Below are positions 19,992 through 30,600 of a stretch of DNA of 64,000 nucleotides, piece by piece. Under the pieces are notes generated by a model that was not told the DNA's origin, made no database searches, and worked only from the letters and a program-made list of their open reading frames with translations. The stretch covers positions 320,001-384,000 of the forward strand of contig CAWCRS010000003.1 of the NCBI GenBank assembly GCA_963798085.1, written 5' to 3'. Numbering within the stretch: position 1 is the stretch's first letter; every line of letters begins with the position of its first letter. This stretch comes from an uncultured Gemmatimonadales bacterium. Lineage in GTDB: Bacteria; Gemmatimonadota; Gemmatimonadetes; Longimicrobiales; RSA9. The translations under genes were made by a program, and so were the position numbers.

Positions 19992-21370
19992 CCAGCGTTT
20001 CCATCGCCTGGGGGAGCGTCTTCCTGTGGTTCCTCCATGGGTGTAGAGGCAGCATCGGTGCCAGGCTGCCTGCGCCCGCCTCGCCGACCCCTGCCGCCTC
20101 GCCGGCCGCGCCGCCTGCGCGTCGGCCGAAGTTGTCCATCTCCCTCTACAACAGGTGTTTGCGCCTGATCAATCGGCACTCCATCCAGGTCGTCGGAGAC
20201 GCCCTGCGGCGCCTCGACCGCGGCTGGCAACGTGACTGCGGCGCCGGCGTCGTCCGCCTGAGCGGACGCCGGCGAAGGCGATTGCGGACGGTCGCCGCGT
20301 GGCCCGCGCTCGCGGCGAGGCCTGCTGTCAGGCCGACGGCGTGGGCTGTTCCGGCGTTGCTGGCCGGGCTCGCCCGGTCCCTCCGGACCGTCGGCCGCTT
20401 CGCCGGCGGCCGCAGGCGCTGGTTTCCGATCCTGGCGCGGACGGCGGCCTGCCTCGCCGGAATTTTCGCCGCGCCGGCGAGGCGGCCGCTCCGGACGCGG
20501 ACGGCGGCGTTCGCCGTTGGCGGGTTGCACGGGAGTTTCCGACTCGTCGTCGCCTTCACTCCGACCATTTCCGGCGGGGCCTTGAAGCGTGGACAGGTCG
20601 CCCACGATTTCGTCGGGCGCGAGCGCGTCCACGGCGAGCATCTCGGCGGGCGCGCCGCCCTTCACGAAGCGACGTACTTCCCGGATCAGGCCAAGCGGGT
20701 CGAAACGGCGCGCACGCTGCGCACGCTCCGGGTGGTGTGTGATGGGCGCGGCCTCGATGCGGCGGGCGTGCGGTGCCGCAGCGCGCAGCAGTGCGGCATT
20801 GGCGGCGGCGCCATCGCATGCGAGCAACCTGCCTCCCTCGAGCGCGTCGATGGCTTTGCGCACGCAGAACACGCGATAGGCGGCGAGAGAGGAGAGCGGG
20901 TCGGCGTCAGGCGGCCATTCGAAACGACGCAGCAGGCGACGAGCCCAGGCGCGCGCGAGGCGCTCGGACAGCCGGGGTCGAGACGCGTCGGTGACCGGTC
21001 CGGCCGGGGCGACGTCGGCACCGGATTCGATGCGACGCAGCAGCGTGGTCGCTTCCTCGGGGTCATCCGTGAAGTCCGCCTGCAGCACGACGATCACGTC
21101 ACGGCGCGGGTAACGCGAGCGGCGCACCGCTTCGCGCAGCAGCATTTCGAGCGTGGCGGCGTACCCGCGGCGTTCGCGATTGCGCATCAGCAGCAGCGGC
21201 AGGACGCGGCGATACGGATCGAGGATTTCGTGCGTGCGGTCAGTCGAGGCGTCGTCGGCAACGAGGATCTGGTAGTCGCGCGGGAACGCGGCCATCACCT
21301 GCCGCAGCTTCCACAGGACGACACCAACGGTTTTTTCCTCGTTATGCGCGGGAATGCAGTAATAGATCAC
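19988..21370 (-). CDS. Glycosyltransferase family 2 with long Arg/Pro-rich disordered C-terminal tail
   Basis: IPAHNEE, VADDASTDRT, QADFTDDP. Confidence 0.85.
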   Translation of the reverse strand: MIYYCIPAHNEEKTVGVVLWKLRQVMAAFPRDYQILVADDASTDRTHEILDPYRRVLPLLLMRNRERRGYAATLEMLLREAVRRSRYPRRDVIVVLQADFTDDPEEATTLLRRIESGADVAPAGPVTDASRPRLSERLARAWARRLLRRFEWPPDADPLSSLAAYRVFCVRKAIDALEGGRLLACDGAAANAALLRAAAPHARRIEAAPITHHPERAQRARRFDPLGLIREVRRFVKGGAPAEMLAVDALAPDEIVGDLSTLQGPAGNGRSEGDDESETPVQPANGERRRPRPERPPRRRGENSGEAGRRPRQDRKPAPAAAGEAADGPEGPGEPGQQRRNSPRRRPDSRPRRERGPRGDRPQSPSPASAQADDAGAAVTLPAAVEAPQGVSDDLDGVPIDQAQTPVVEGDGQLRPTRRRRGRRGGRGRRGGRRQPGTDAASTPMEEPQEDAPPGDGNAG

Positions 21371-21474
21371 CGGCTCGTGGATCCGTTCCTGTCAGGAGGT
21401 GTGTGAGCGGGATGGGGTCGCGCACAACGTACGAGCGGACGGCCCGTTATCAAGCCCGCGCAAGGCTGGGACTG

Positions 21475-22398
21475 CTACCCCGCGGCGGCGGGGGGCGTTT
21501 CGCCGGGTGGCGGCTTCGTTTTCCAGCGGCGGTGGTGCCAGAAGTACTGCTCGGGCGCGGAGCGCACGGCCTGTTCCAGCGCCTGGCTGTAAGCCGCAGT
21601 CAGGCGCCATACCGCGGCGTCGGTTTCGCCCTCGCGGTCACTCTCGAGCAGCGAGATGCGTACGTGCAGGCGGCCATCGGGCTGACGCAACGGCACCATC
21701 ATGGCGGCGATGGCGCCGGCGCGCAGTGCGAGCAGCGCGGGCCCGCGCGGCGTTGAGGTCAGCGTCCCGAAGAACGGCACGAACGCGCCCGCGTCGCGCG
21801 CATCCTGATCGGCGAGGAATCCGACGACGCGGTTGTCGCGCAGCGCGTTCAGTGTCAGGCGCGTGGCTTCGTGGCGGTCGAACAGGCCGATACCCAGGCT
21901 TTCGCGGTTGCGGGCAACGTCGCGATCGAACAGCGGGTTACCGAGCCTGCGCACGACGAAGTCGAGCGGCGCCTGCAATGCGATGACGCCTGCGCCCAGC
22001 TCCCAGTTGCCGAGGTGGCCGCCGAAGAGCACGACGCCGCGGCCACGCTCGAGACCCCGGTGCAGCACCTCGAATCCTTCCCACGTGGCGTTGGCGACAA
22101 TCGCGTCGCGGCCGCGCGGCGTGAAGCGGATGGTGGCGAGCGCTTCCCGCACAAGGTGCGCATAGGCGCCGGCCGCTGTCTGCCGGATCCAGGCGGCGTC
22201 TGCTGCGGGGAAGGCGCGGCGCAGATTGGCTTCGACGACATTGCGGCGCAGGCGGAGCGCGTGGTACGCGAAGCGACCGAGCCGGCCGCTGAAGCTCGCC
22301 GCACCGCGATCCGACAGACCGGATACCGCGCGGATGGCGGCGTTGAAGAGCGCGTACTCGGCGCGGTGTGCGAACCTCGGCGGACGGCTGCCGCTCAC
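21475..22398 (-). CDS. Lipid A late acyltransferase (LpxL/HtrB family)
   Basis: GHLGNWE, LADQDA, VPFFG, PEQYFWHHRRWK. Confidence 0.9.
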   Translation of the reverse strand: MSGSRPPRFAHRAEYALFNAAIRAVSGLSDRGAASFSGRLGRFAYHALRLRRNVVEANLRRAFPAADAAWIRQTAAGAYAHLVREALATIRFTPRGRDAIVANATWEGFEVLHRGLERGRGVVLFGGHLGNWELGAGVIALQAPLDFVVRRLGNPLFDRDVARNRESLGIGLFDRHEATRLTLNALRDNRVVGFLADQDARDAGAFVPFFGTLTSTPRGPALLALRAGAIAAMMVPLRQPDGRLHVRISLLESDREGETDAAVWRLTAAYSQALEQAVRSAPEQYFWHHRRWKTKPPPGETPPAAAG

Positions 22399-23459
22399 GG
22401 TCGGGCCAGCAGCTCGTGGTAGAGGGCCACGGTGCGACTGGTGGCGCCCTGGATGCGGAAGTCCTCGAGCCGGACGCGCTGCGCCAGGATCATGCGCTCC
22501 CTTAACTCCGGGTTATCGCACACGCGGCGCACCGCCGCGGCCAGTCCCGCGGCATCATCGGGCGGGACCAGGCTGCAGCCGGTCTGCTCGTGCACCGGTC
22601 CCAGCACCTCGCCGGGGCCGGCATCGGCGAAGGCAATGACGGGCACGTCCAGCGCCATGGCATCGAGGATGCTCGTGCCCAGGCCCTCGCCCTTCGAAGT
22701 GAAGATGAACACGTCGAACTCGCGGATGTAGAGCCGGGCATCCGACGCCGCGCCCGCCAGCCTCATGTTGACACCCACGCCGTGCGCGGCGATGGCCGCT
22801 TCTATGACGGGCCGCTCCGGCCCATCGCCGATGATGGTCCATATGATGCGGCGTTCATGCGCCGCCGCGCGCGGAATGATCTTCTGGTTCTTGAACTCGA
22901 ACAGTGCGCCGACGTTGCCGGCGACGAAGGTGTCGGCGGGAATCGCGAGGCGATCGCGCAGGCCCGGTGAAGCCAGTGGCAGGCTGCGCACTTCATCGAT
23001 GTCGATGCCGTCGGGGATGACGCGAATGCGGGCCTCGTCGACCGCGCACTCGAGCAGGCGCCGCTTCACGGCTTCGGTAATGGCGATGACGCGGGTGGCG
23101 CGGTTCCAGACGCGTGGCCGGGCGCGGAAATGCACGCGGCGCGTGGCCACGACGGGCTTGCGCCGCAGACGCGCCGGCAGCAGTGAGAGCTGCAGCGCGT
23201 GGCCGTCGTGACAGTGCACGATGTCCGCGGTCTTTGCCTGACGATACACGGCTCTGCTGACACGGAAGTCAGCGCCACCTTCCCAGCGCACGGTCTGCAC
23301 GGGCAGGCCTTCCGCATTGAGGCGTACGGACAGCGGGCTGCCGGCGGGACACAGGCAGACCTGCTCGACGCTGTACCCGGCCAGCTCGCGCATCAGCAGG
23401 CGAACCTGGTTCTGGCCGCCGCCCCAGCGGCCGGATCCGTCGACGTGGAGGACTAGCAT
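22395..23459 (-). CDS. Glycosyltransferase family 4
   Basis: WGGGQNQV; EGLGTSILDAMALDVPVI. Confidence 0.88.
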   Translation of the reverse strand: MLVLHVDGSGRWGGGQNQVRLLMRELAGYSVEQVCLCPAGSPLSVRLNAEGLPVQTVRWEGGADFRVSRAVYRQAKTADIVHCHDGHALQLSLLPARLRRKPVVATRRVHFRARPRVWNRATRVIAITEAVKRRLLECAVDEARIRVIPDGIDIDEVRSLPLASPGLRDRLAIPADTFVAGNVGALFEFKNQKIIPRAAAHERRIIWTIIGDGPERPVIEAAIAAHGVGVNMRLAGAASDARLYIREFDVFIFTSKGEGLGTSILDAMALDVPVIAFADAGPGEVLGPVHEQTGCSLVPPDDAAGLAAAVRRVCDNPELRERMILAQRVRLEDFRIQGATSRTVALYHELLARP

Positions 23460-24616
23460 CGCGGGCCGGGGCTCGGGCTCGGGCTGGGAACGGACAGGGA
23501 ATTCCGATCCTGGCCAGGTGGTTGATATGTAACTGTTAGTGCGTCCCTTGCCTTCTCCAGGACCTCTTCGGCGGTGATGGTTTCCATGCGGCCGTGTTTC
23601 GGGTCGAAGCGGGATGGATCGGGCGACGCACCTTCGTCCGTGTACCGGTCGATCCAGAGGTCCTGGTAGCGATGCCAGGGTCCGACTCGCCATGGGTTGG
23701 TGTGGCCGTAGAGCCCGACGACAGGGATCTCGAGGGCACGCGCAATGTGCACAGGCCCGGTGTCGGGTGCGATGAGCACGCGGCTGGCGCGGATCAGGCA
23801 GAGCAGCCTGCGGATGCCATCGCCGAGGGCATTGACCACGGGCGTGCGTGCGCGCTGCACGATCATTTGCGCGACAGCGGTCTCGCGTGCGCCCGGTCCG
23901 CCGAGCAGCACAGGCTGGAGACCCAGCTCGTCGTACATGCGCTCGACCAGCGGCACATACCGTTCCGGCACCCAGTCCTTCTTCGGATTCGCGGACGCGG
24001 GCACGACGCCGGCGATGGGCCGATCGATGTCGTGCAGCAGCCTTGCGACTTCGGGCGCGAGCTCGCGCGCGGCGGCATCGAGTCGCCACTCGACGGGCTC
24101 GGCGGGCACGCCCAGGTGCGCGAGGAATTCCAGGAACATGTCCATGGTGTGGGCGCGCGGACGGGCGGGCACGTGTTCGTTGCAGAACAGCGCGACGCCG
24201 TCGCGCGTGCGTGCCCGGTCGAACCCGAGCCGGCGACGCGCGGGTGCGAGCACGGTGGGAAACACGCTCTTTAAGTAGACATTGAGATTGAGCGTGAGGT
24301 CGGGCCGCGGCGCAGCGCGCAGCGCGGCGCGCAGCGCGTGCACACCCCGCCAGCCCTCGCGTTTGTGGAAGACGACCACGCGATCGATGGCCGGGTGTCC
24401 CTCGAGGATGCCCGCGGGCATGGGTTCGACGACCCAGGTAATGCGGCAATCCGGCCGTGCGCGTTTCAGTGCGCAGGCGAGGGGCAGGCCGTGGACGACA
24501 TCGCCGAGTCCGGTGAGCAATACGATCCGGATATTACGGATGCCGGGAAGCAGGCCGCCGGGACCGGGAGCCGGACGGGAGACGTCGCCCGAACGATTCG
24601 TTAGCCGTGCGTCCAT
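23453..24616 (-). CDS. Glycosyltransferase family 9 (LPS heptosyltransferase-like), copy 1
   Basis: TGLGDVVH; PDTGPVHIARAL; VGLYGHTNP. Confidence 0.9.
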   Translation of the reverse strand: MDARLTNRSGDVSRPAPGPGGLLPGIRNIRIVLLTGLGDVVHGLPLACALKRARPDCRITWVVEPMPAGILEGHPAIDRVVVFHKREGWRGVHALRAALRAAPRPDLTLNLNVYLKSVFPTVLAPARRRLGFDRARTRDGVALFCNEHVPARPRAHTMDMFLEFLAHLGVPAEPVEWRLDAAARELAPEVARLLHDIDRPIAGVVPASANPKKDWVPERYVPLVERMYDELGLQPVLLGGPGARETAVAQMIVQRARTPVVNALGDGIRRLLCLIRASRVLIAPDTGPVHIARALEIPVVGLYGHTNPWRVGPWHRYQDLWIDRYTDEGASPDPSRFDPKHGRMETITAEEVLEKARDALTVTYQPPGQDRNSLSVPSPSPSPGPRC

Positions 24617-24633
24617 GAGCGCGAGACAGTGGG

Positions 24634-26514
24634 TTACGCGGGCCCGGCGGCGGGCGTCGCGTCGCTCAGCTGGAACTGCAGGCGATAGAGGTGCGCGTAG
24701 AGGCCGTCCTGCGTGAGGAGGGAGTCGTGACTGCCCTGCTGCACGACGCGGCCCTCATCGAGGACGAGGATGCGATCGGCGTGGCGGATGGTGGACAGGC
24801 GATGCGCGATGACGAAGACGGTGCGGCCCGTGAGCAGCCGCTCGATGGCTTCCTGCACGAGCCGTTCGGATTCCGAGTCGAGCGCGGACGTGGCTTCGTC
24901 GAACACCAGGATGGGCGGATCGCGCAGGATGGCCCGGGCAATGGCGATGCGCTGGCGCTGTCCGCCGGACAGGCGGGTGGCGCGTTCTCCTAACAGCGTG
25001 TCATAGCCCTGCGGCAGCCGGCTGATGAATTCGTGGGCATTGGCGGCCCTGGCCGCGCGCTCGACCGCTTCGAACGAGGAGCCGGGCAGGGCATAGGCGA
25101 TATTGCTGCGCACCGTGTCGTGGAACAGCACCGTCTCCTGCGTGACGATGCCGAAGCCGCTGCGCAGGGAGCGGGCGGAGAAGGTGCGCAGGTCGTCGCC
25201 ATCGATGGTGATGCGACCGGCGGTGGGGTCGTAGAAGCGCGCGACCAGATCGACGAGCGTGGTCTTGCCGGCGCCGCTGGGTCCGACGAGCGCCACGACC
25301 TCACCGGGTCGCACTTCGAACGACACGTGTTCCAGAACATCCTCGCCGGGCACGTAGGCGAAGCTGACATCATCGAAGCGGATGGCGTTGCGGAAGCCGG
25401 TGAAGCGCCGCGCATCGGGCGGATCTTCCATCTCGATGGGCGTGTCGACGAATTCGTAGACGCGTTCCGCGGCCACCAGGCCGGGCTGCACCATGGACGG
25501 GAATTTGGCCAGCCATTTCGCGGGCGAGTACATCTTGAGGCTGTAGCTGAGCAGCAGGATGAAGTTGACGCCGGAGACCTCGGGCGGCGTGGCCAGCACG
25601 AGGCGGGCGCCGTACCAGAGCAGCAGGACCGTGCCCAGTGAGCCGAGCGTTTCGGCGAGGGGTCCGGCGAGCGCGCGCACGTGCTCGTTGCGCACCACGG
25701 CGCGGTAGTACGCGCCGGTCAGGGCGTGGAAGCGACCCCCTTCGAACGGCTCCGCGGCCGCGGCCTTGACCTGGCGGATGCCGCTGACGGTCTCCTGCAA
25801 ATGCGATGTTACCTCGCCGCCCAGATAGAGAATGCGGTGGTCGCCGCGACGCAGTCTCGCTAACAGTCCCTTCCAGATGCCGAACATGGCAGGCAGCACG
25901 ACCGCGGCGGCCAGCGTCAGGCGCACGGACACGAGCAGCATGAGCGTCAGTGCGAGGCTGATCTGGAGCACGGAAGTGACGAGCGTGGCGACATTGCGGG
26001 TGACGAGGGTGCGCAGCTGCTCAATGTCGCCGGTGAGGCGGGCGATGATCTGGCCCGCCTTGGTGCGGCCGAAGAAGCGCAGGTCCAGCTCGAGCAGGTG
26101 ATCGTAGACACGGTTGCGCAGGTCACGCATGACGGACTGCTCGAGGCGCACCACCAGCACGGTCTGCAGGTAGTCGAAGACGTTCTTGATCAGGAACACC
26201 ACGAACATGAATACGACAATGACGGGCAGAATGCGCGCGGGCGGCAATGTGAGATCGATGATGCGGCCCACCGTGGCGTGCAGCAGGCGATCCATGCCGC
26301 TGATGGCGCCGCTGCCGGTATCGCCCGTGAGCGCGCGCAGGAAGGGCACGATCATGACGAAGGAGAAGGCGTCGAAGGCGGCGAAGCCCAGTGTGGCCAG
26401 CGTCGCCCCCAGCAGCAGCCAGCCGTAGGGTCGCAGCAGGCCGAGCACGCGCAGGTATAACGTGCTATTACGGATGGCGGGCGGGCGGCCGCCGCTGGCG
26501 TCGATGGTGCTCAT
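24634..26514 (-). CDS. MsbA-like ABC transporter (TMD + NBD)
   Basis: Walker A GPSGAGKT; signature LSGGQRQ; DEATSALD; located within the LPS gene run. Confidence 0.9.
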   Translation of the reverse strand: MSTIDASGGRPPAIRNSTLYLRVLGLLRPYGWLLLGATLATLGFAAFDAFSFVMIVPFLRALTGDTGSGAISGMDRLLHATVGRIIDLTLPPARILPVIVVFMFVVFLIKNVFDYLQTVLVVRLEQSVMRDLRNRVYDHLLELDLRFFGRTKAGQIIARLTGDIEQLRTLVTRNVATLVTSVLQISLALTLMLLVSVRLTLAAAVVLPAMFGIWKGLLARLRRGDHRILYLGGEVTSHLQETVSGIRQVKAAAAEPFEGGRFHALTGAYYRAVVRNEHVRALAGPLAETLGSLGTVLLLWYGARLVLATPPEVSGVNFILLLSYSLKMYSPAKWLAKFPSMVQPGLVAAERVYEFVDTPIEMEDPPDARRFTGFRNAIRFDDVSFAYVPGEDVLEHVSFEVRPGEVVALVGPSGAGKTTLVDLVARFYDPTAGRITIDGDDLRTFSARSLRSGFGIVTQETVLFHDTVRSNIAYALPGSSFEAVERAARAANAHEFISRLPQGYDTLLGERATRLSGGQRQRIAIARAILRDPPILVFDEATSALDSESERLVQEAIERLLTGRTVFVIAHRLSTIRHADRILVLDEGRVVQQGSHDSLLTQDGLYAHLYRLQFQLSDATPAAGPA

Positions 26515-28076
26515 CGTCCGGCGCGCGGCGTGAGGGTGGCGACCGGCAGGATCATCTCCTCGGGGCTGACGCCGCCGTGCAGGAACGAGCCGCGATACCT
26601 CGCCTGGTACTCGCGCAGCTTGGTGGGATAGACGAAAAAGAAGTCCTCGAGCGCGACCAGGTAGTTGGTGGCGCGGTGGCCGCGCGGGAAGCGCAGGTCC
26701 GCCTCATCGCGCACGCTGTACACCGCGCCGGGATCACCCGCACGCAGGTCCAGGCCGAACTTGTAGCGCAGGTTGTTGGTCGCGTCCTTGCGCGCGTAGA
26801 TGGTAACAGGCCGTTCGCAGAGGATGGAGCCGTGATCGGTGGTGAGAATCACGGTGATACCGCGGGCCGCCGCCTCGCGCAGGATGCGGTAGGCGGAGCT
26901 GCCCTGGAACCACTGCACCGTCAAGGCGCGCAGCGCGGGCACATCGCGCGCGACCTCCAGCAGGATGGCGGACTCGCTGCGGCCGTGGGTGAGCAGGTCC
27001 ACGAAGTTGTAGACCACGGCGATGACGCCCTGGCCGCCGAGCGCGCCGCGCACCCGTCCGACCAGCTCTTCGCTGTCGGCGTCGGTGAATACCTTCTCGT
27101 AATAGACGGGCACGTCGTGACCCGTGAGGCGGCGCAGCTGTTCGCGCAGCAGCTGGTCCTCGAACGCGTTCAGGCTGCCTTCTTCCGTACCCCACCAGCC
27201 GGGATGCCGGCGGGCAATGGCATCGGGCCAGGTGCCACCGAAAATGGCGTTGCGTGAGTAGGGCGTGGCGGTGGGCAGGATGCTCGCGTACAGCTCTTCC
27301 TCGATATCGAAGTCGTTGGCCAGCAGCGACCGGATCATGCGCCACTGGTCGAGGCGCATGCAGTCGATGAGGAGGAACAGGACCGTGCCCTCCTCCAGGC
27401 GAGGCAGCAGATTGCGGGCGATGAGGTCGGTGGAGAGCGGGGGCGCGTCCTGGTCGCGGCCGCTGGTCCAGCCCGCGTAATGGCGAGTTATGTAGGCGCC
27501 GTACTGGCGGCGCACTTCGGCCTGCAGCTGGGTGACGGAATCGACCAGGCCCGGCTCGCCGGCCTCGAACAGGCGCAACTCCCACTCGACCAGCTCGTTG
27601 TACAGCGCGAAGAAGTGCTGCCAGTGGTCGGCCTCGTCGCGCATCAGGGTGAGCTGGCGCCAGCGCGCGGCGAAGTCCTGGGTCACGCGCTGCTGGCGCA
27701 GCTGCGGGCCCTCGAGCAGGCGGGTGACGACGGAGAGGACCTGGCGCGGGCTGGCGGGTTTCACGAGGTATTCGTCGACGCGGCGGCCGATGGCCTCGAC
27801 CATGGTGCGGTCCTCTTCGGACTTGGTGACCATGACGACGCGCGCGTTGGGCTCTTCGCGGCGCAGCTCGCCGAGGATGTCGAGGCCGCGGCGGCCGGGC
27901 ATCTGCTCGTCGAGGAGGACGAGGTCATAACTCTGGCCGCGAGCCAGCTCGAGCGCGTCGTCCCCGTTGGTGGTAGTGTCCACGAGGTAGCCGCGCTGGC
28001 GGAGGAAGAGGAGGTGAGGCTCGAAGAGCTCGACCTCGTCATCGATCCAGAGAATGCGTTTCGCGGACGGGTGCAT
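26511..28076 (-). CDS. PorX-like response regulator (REC + PglZ/alkaline-phosphatase domain)
   Basis: ILWIDDE, LLDEQMPG, MVTKSEE; LIDCMRLDQW, LPTATPYSRNAIFGG, TTDHG, FLHGGVSPEEM. Confidence 0.88.
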   Translation of the reverse strand: MHPSAKRILWIDDEVELFEPHLLFLRQRGYLVDTTTNGDDALELARGQSYDLVLLDEQMPGRRGLDILGELRREEPNARVVMVTKSEEDRTMVEAIGRRVDEYLVKPASPRQVLSVVTRLLEGPQLRQQRVTQDFAARWRQLTLMRDEADHWQHFFALYNELVEWELRLFEAGEPGLVDSVTQLQAEVRRQYGAYITRHYAGWTSGRDQDAPPLSTDLIARNLLPRLEEGTVLFLLIDCMRLDQWRMIRSLLANDFDIEEELYASILPTATPYSRNAIFGGTWPDAIARRHPGWWGTEEGSLNAFEDQLLREQLRRLTGHDVPVYYEKVFTDADSEELVGRVRGALGGQGVIAVVYNFVDLLTHGRSESAILLEVARDVPALRALTVQWFQGSSAYRILREAAARGITVILTTDHGSILCERPVTIYARKDATNNLRYKFGLDLRAGDPGAVYSVRDEADLRFPRGHRATNYLVALEDFFFVYPTKLREYQARYRGSFLHGGVSPEEMILPVATLTPRAGR

Positions 28077-28102
28077 TGAGGGGGTATACCCCGGTGGTTC
28101 CC

Positions 28103-28373
28103 CGGACCGTCTTGGCGTTCTTGGGTTTGCCACCAGCGGCTATCTGCCCGGGGACAGCTTGTCTCTGACGGCGCATGGGAGCGACCCAACCGCCCATGGA
28201 ACTACCCGCGGCCTGCGCTAGAGTGGAGGCGGTAAGGGAGGAATCCAGGTGTCGGCATGGCCGGAGATGCCTGGAAATGGCCCTCGGATAGCGGGATGTT
28301 GCAGGGAGAGCGCCGGTTCCACGCAGATTCCATTGCTCGATGGAGCAGAAGGAAAGAACGCCAAGACGGTCCG
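28103..28373. repeat. Inverted-end element, long variant (271 bp)
   Basis: CGGACCGTCTTGGCGTTCTTGGG at 28103; GGAAAGAACGCCAAGACGGTCCG ending at 28373. Confidence 0.8.
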
Positions 28374-28377
28374 ACGG

Positions 28378-29413
28378 TCAGCCCACCACCTCCCCTACCT
28401 TCTTCAGCACTGCCGCCACCGTCACCCGTGACATGCCCTCCGCGCGGTGCTGCCAGTTCAGCGCGTATTCCTCACCGGGGTAGCGGGCATATCCGTCCAC
28501 GATGAGGTCCGTGAATTTGCGGTAGGGTCCGTAGCGTTTCGGGTTGGTGAAGCCGTACAGGCCGATGACGGGCACGTCCAGCGCGCGCGCGATGTGCAGC
28601 GGACCGGTGTCGGGGCTGATGACGAGGCGGCTGCCGGCGAGCAGCCAGACCAGGCGGCGCACGTCGTCGCCGAGGGCATTCACCGGATGCGCGCGCGTGA
28701 GCGACAGGATGCGCGCGGCCGCTTCCTGCTCGATCGGGCGCAGGGCCGCCGACCAGCACGGGCTGGAGTCCGAAGTCCTGCTCCAGGTGCTCGAGCAGCG
28801 TGGCATAGTGTTCGGGGGCCCAGTTCTTCTGCGGCCGGCTGGTGGCGACGACCACTGCGCACGCGGGTCGATCGAGCTTCTCGAAGAAGGCCTGCTGTGC
28901 GGCGCGCTCCGACTCCGTGATGGGCAGCTGCCAGGTGACGGGGTCGGGACTCACGCCGAGGTAGTCGAGGAACTCGAAGTACTGGTCCTGGACGTGGCCG
29001 ATGGGGCGGCGGGGAATGCGGTGCGTGGTAAACACCCAGTTAAGGTCGCGGGCGCGCGCGCGATCGAAGCCCAGCTTGATGCGCGCGGGTGCGAGCGCGG
29101 TAATGAGGCCCGCCTTGAGGTAGACCTGGAGCGAGAGCAGGACATCGAAGCGTCGCCCCCGGAAAGTCTCACCCAGCTGCGCGTAGGAGCGCCACGCATT
29201 CGCGCCTCGCCGGCGGCGGAAGACGATGAACTCGTCGATCGCGGCGTGTCCCTGCACGAGCGTATGCGGCACGGGCTGGATGACCCAGCTGATGCGCGTG
29301 CCGGGCCAGGCGCGGCGCAGCGCATTGGCGACGGGGAGCACATGCACGGCGTCGCCCAGTGCGCTCAGCATCACGATCAGGATGGATTCGGGCTGCCGCA
29401 TGGGCTCAGACAT
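28378..29413 (-). CDS. Glycosyltransferase family 9, copy 2; frameshift near 28745
   Basis: SALGDAVH in ORF 28472..29413; SPDTGPLHIARAL in ORF 28378..28806. Confidence 0.85.
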
Positions 29414-30161
29414 GGAGTCCCTGCACGAATGCCTTGAGCTCGCCCTGCAGCGGCTGTCCTGTCTCGGCCTCGAACTTGTGTGCGGAGCGGCTCAGGCGGC
29501 GCAGCATGCTGGAGACATCGGCGCGGGAGGCGCGGCGCACGACGCGGCAGCGATCGAGGTCGAGGAGATGCGGCCAGGGCGCGCCCGCCCGCCAGCCTAC
29601 CAGGATATTACGCAGGTTGAGGTCGGCGTGAACGATGCCGGCGGCGGCGGCATCGTGCACGAGCCGGCCGGCGGCCCACCAGGCCAGCATGCGCTGCGGA
29701 TCGGGGCGACGACCCGCTCCGAACGTGAGCGTCGCCAGGTCCTGCGCATCGGGCACGAAGCGTGTGGCGAGATCGGCGCGGTAGAAGAGGGTGGCCGGGT
29801 AGAGCACTGCGGCGGTCACTTCGGGTGTGGTGACGCCGCGCGCGCGGGCGAATGCGCTGGCCCACAATTCCCGCCAGGGTCGCGGTACACCCAGGCGGGG
29901 GTAGCGGTCGCCGAGCCGGCGGGCAACCGCGCCACCGCGCACGTAGTGACGCACCACCCAGTCACCGTCGGGTCCGGCAATGACGCATGCGGGCACGCGG
30001 CCCTGCAGGGTCAGCCGCGCGTTGCCGGTGGCGAACCGGTACAGCGTGCCGCCCTGCTGTATGGCGCTTTCCACGAACGGGCGGTGATCGGCGCACGACA
30101 CCACGATGGCACCCGGCAAACGGCTCGACTCGTACCCACTCGGCGGGCGCACTGGTAACAC
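29406..30161 (-). CDS. Kdo kinase / LPS kinase family (KdkA-like)
   Basis: WVVRHYVRGG, YRADLAT, HADLNLRNIL, LLDLDR, LRRLSRS. Confidence 0.8.
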   Translation of the reverse strand: MLPVRPPSGYESSRLPGAIVVSCADHRPFVESAIQQGGTLYRFATGNARLTLQGRVPACVIAGPDGDWVVRHYVRGGAVARRLGDRYPRLGVPRPWRELWASAFARARGVTTPEVTAAVLYPATLFYRADLATRFVPDAQDLATLTFGAGRRPDPQRMLAWWAAGRLVHDAAAAGIVHADLNLRNILVGWRAGAPWPHLLDLDRCRVVRRASRADVSSMLRRLSRSAHKFEAETGQPLQGELKAFVQGLHV

Positions 30162-30165
30162 GTTG

Positions 30166-30600
30166 TCAGCGCGGGCGGAAACTGCCCAGGCGCAGGGGTG
30201 GCTCGATGGTGTAGGCGAAGCGCAGGCGGTTCTCCGTCTCCACGACAATGGTCGTCTGCTGGCCACGCGTCTTGGGATAGTCGACGCCGGCCTGGCTCTC
30301 GATGAGGAGCACACCGTCGGATCCCGCCTCCGCTTCCAGCTCGGCAATGCGCTCCTGCAGTGTGCGCAGCACGGCCTGTTCGACTTCATCCTGCACATCG
30401 CCATCGGCGTGCGCAGTGAGCTCGTGGACGTCGCCGCGCTGGTAGCGCTGCTCGAAATCTGCCACGCTCAGGGTAACAGTACCGTCGCGGGTGAAGCCGA
30501 CCTCGTTCATGGCGTGCGCGTCGAAAGCCGGGCGTACGCTCAGCATTTTGTCGCCGAAGCGGCGCAGAATCACGATCTCCTCCCCCAGGCATCGTGTCAC
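30166..30600 (-). CDS. Hypothetical acidic protein (144 aa)
   Basis: Protein-like composition; stop lies 4 bp before the kinase start. Confidence 0.6.
   Translation of the reverse strand: MTRCLGEEIVILRRFGDKMLSVRPAFDAHAMNEVGFTRDGTVTLSVADFEQRYQRGDVHELTAHADGDVQDEVEQAVLRTLQERIAELEAEAGSDGVLLIESQAGVDYPKTRGQQTTIVVETENRLRFAYTIEPPLRLGSFRPR

Noticed and set aside
23460..24449. 330-aa N-terminal extension of the GT4 ORF
   Set aside because: Arg-rich alternate-frame read-through overlapping the GT9 gene; the GT4 domain starts at 23459.
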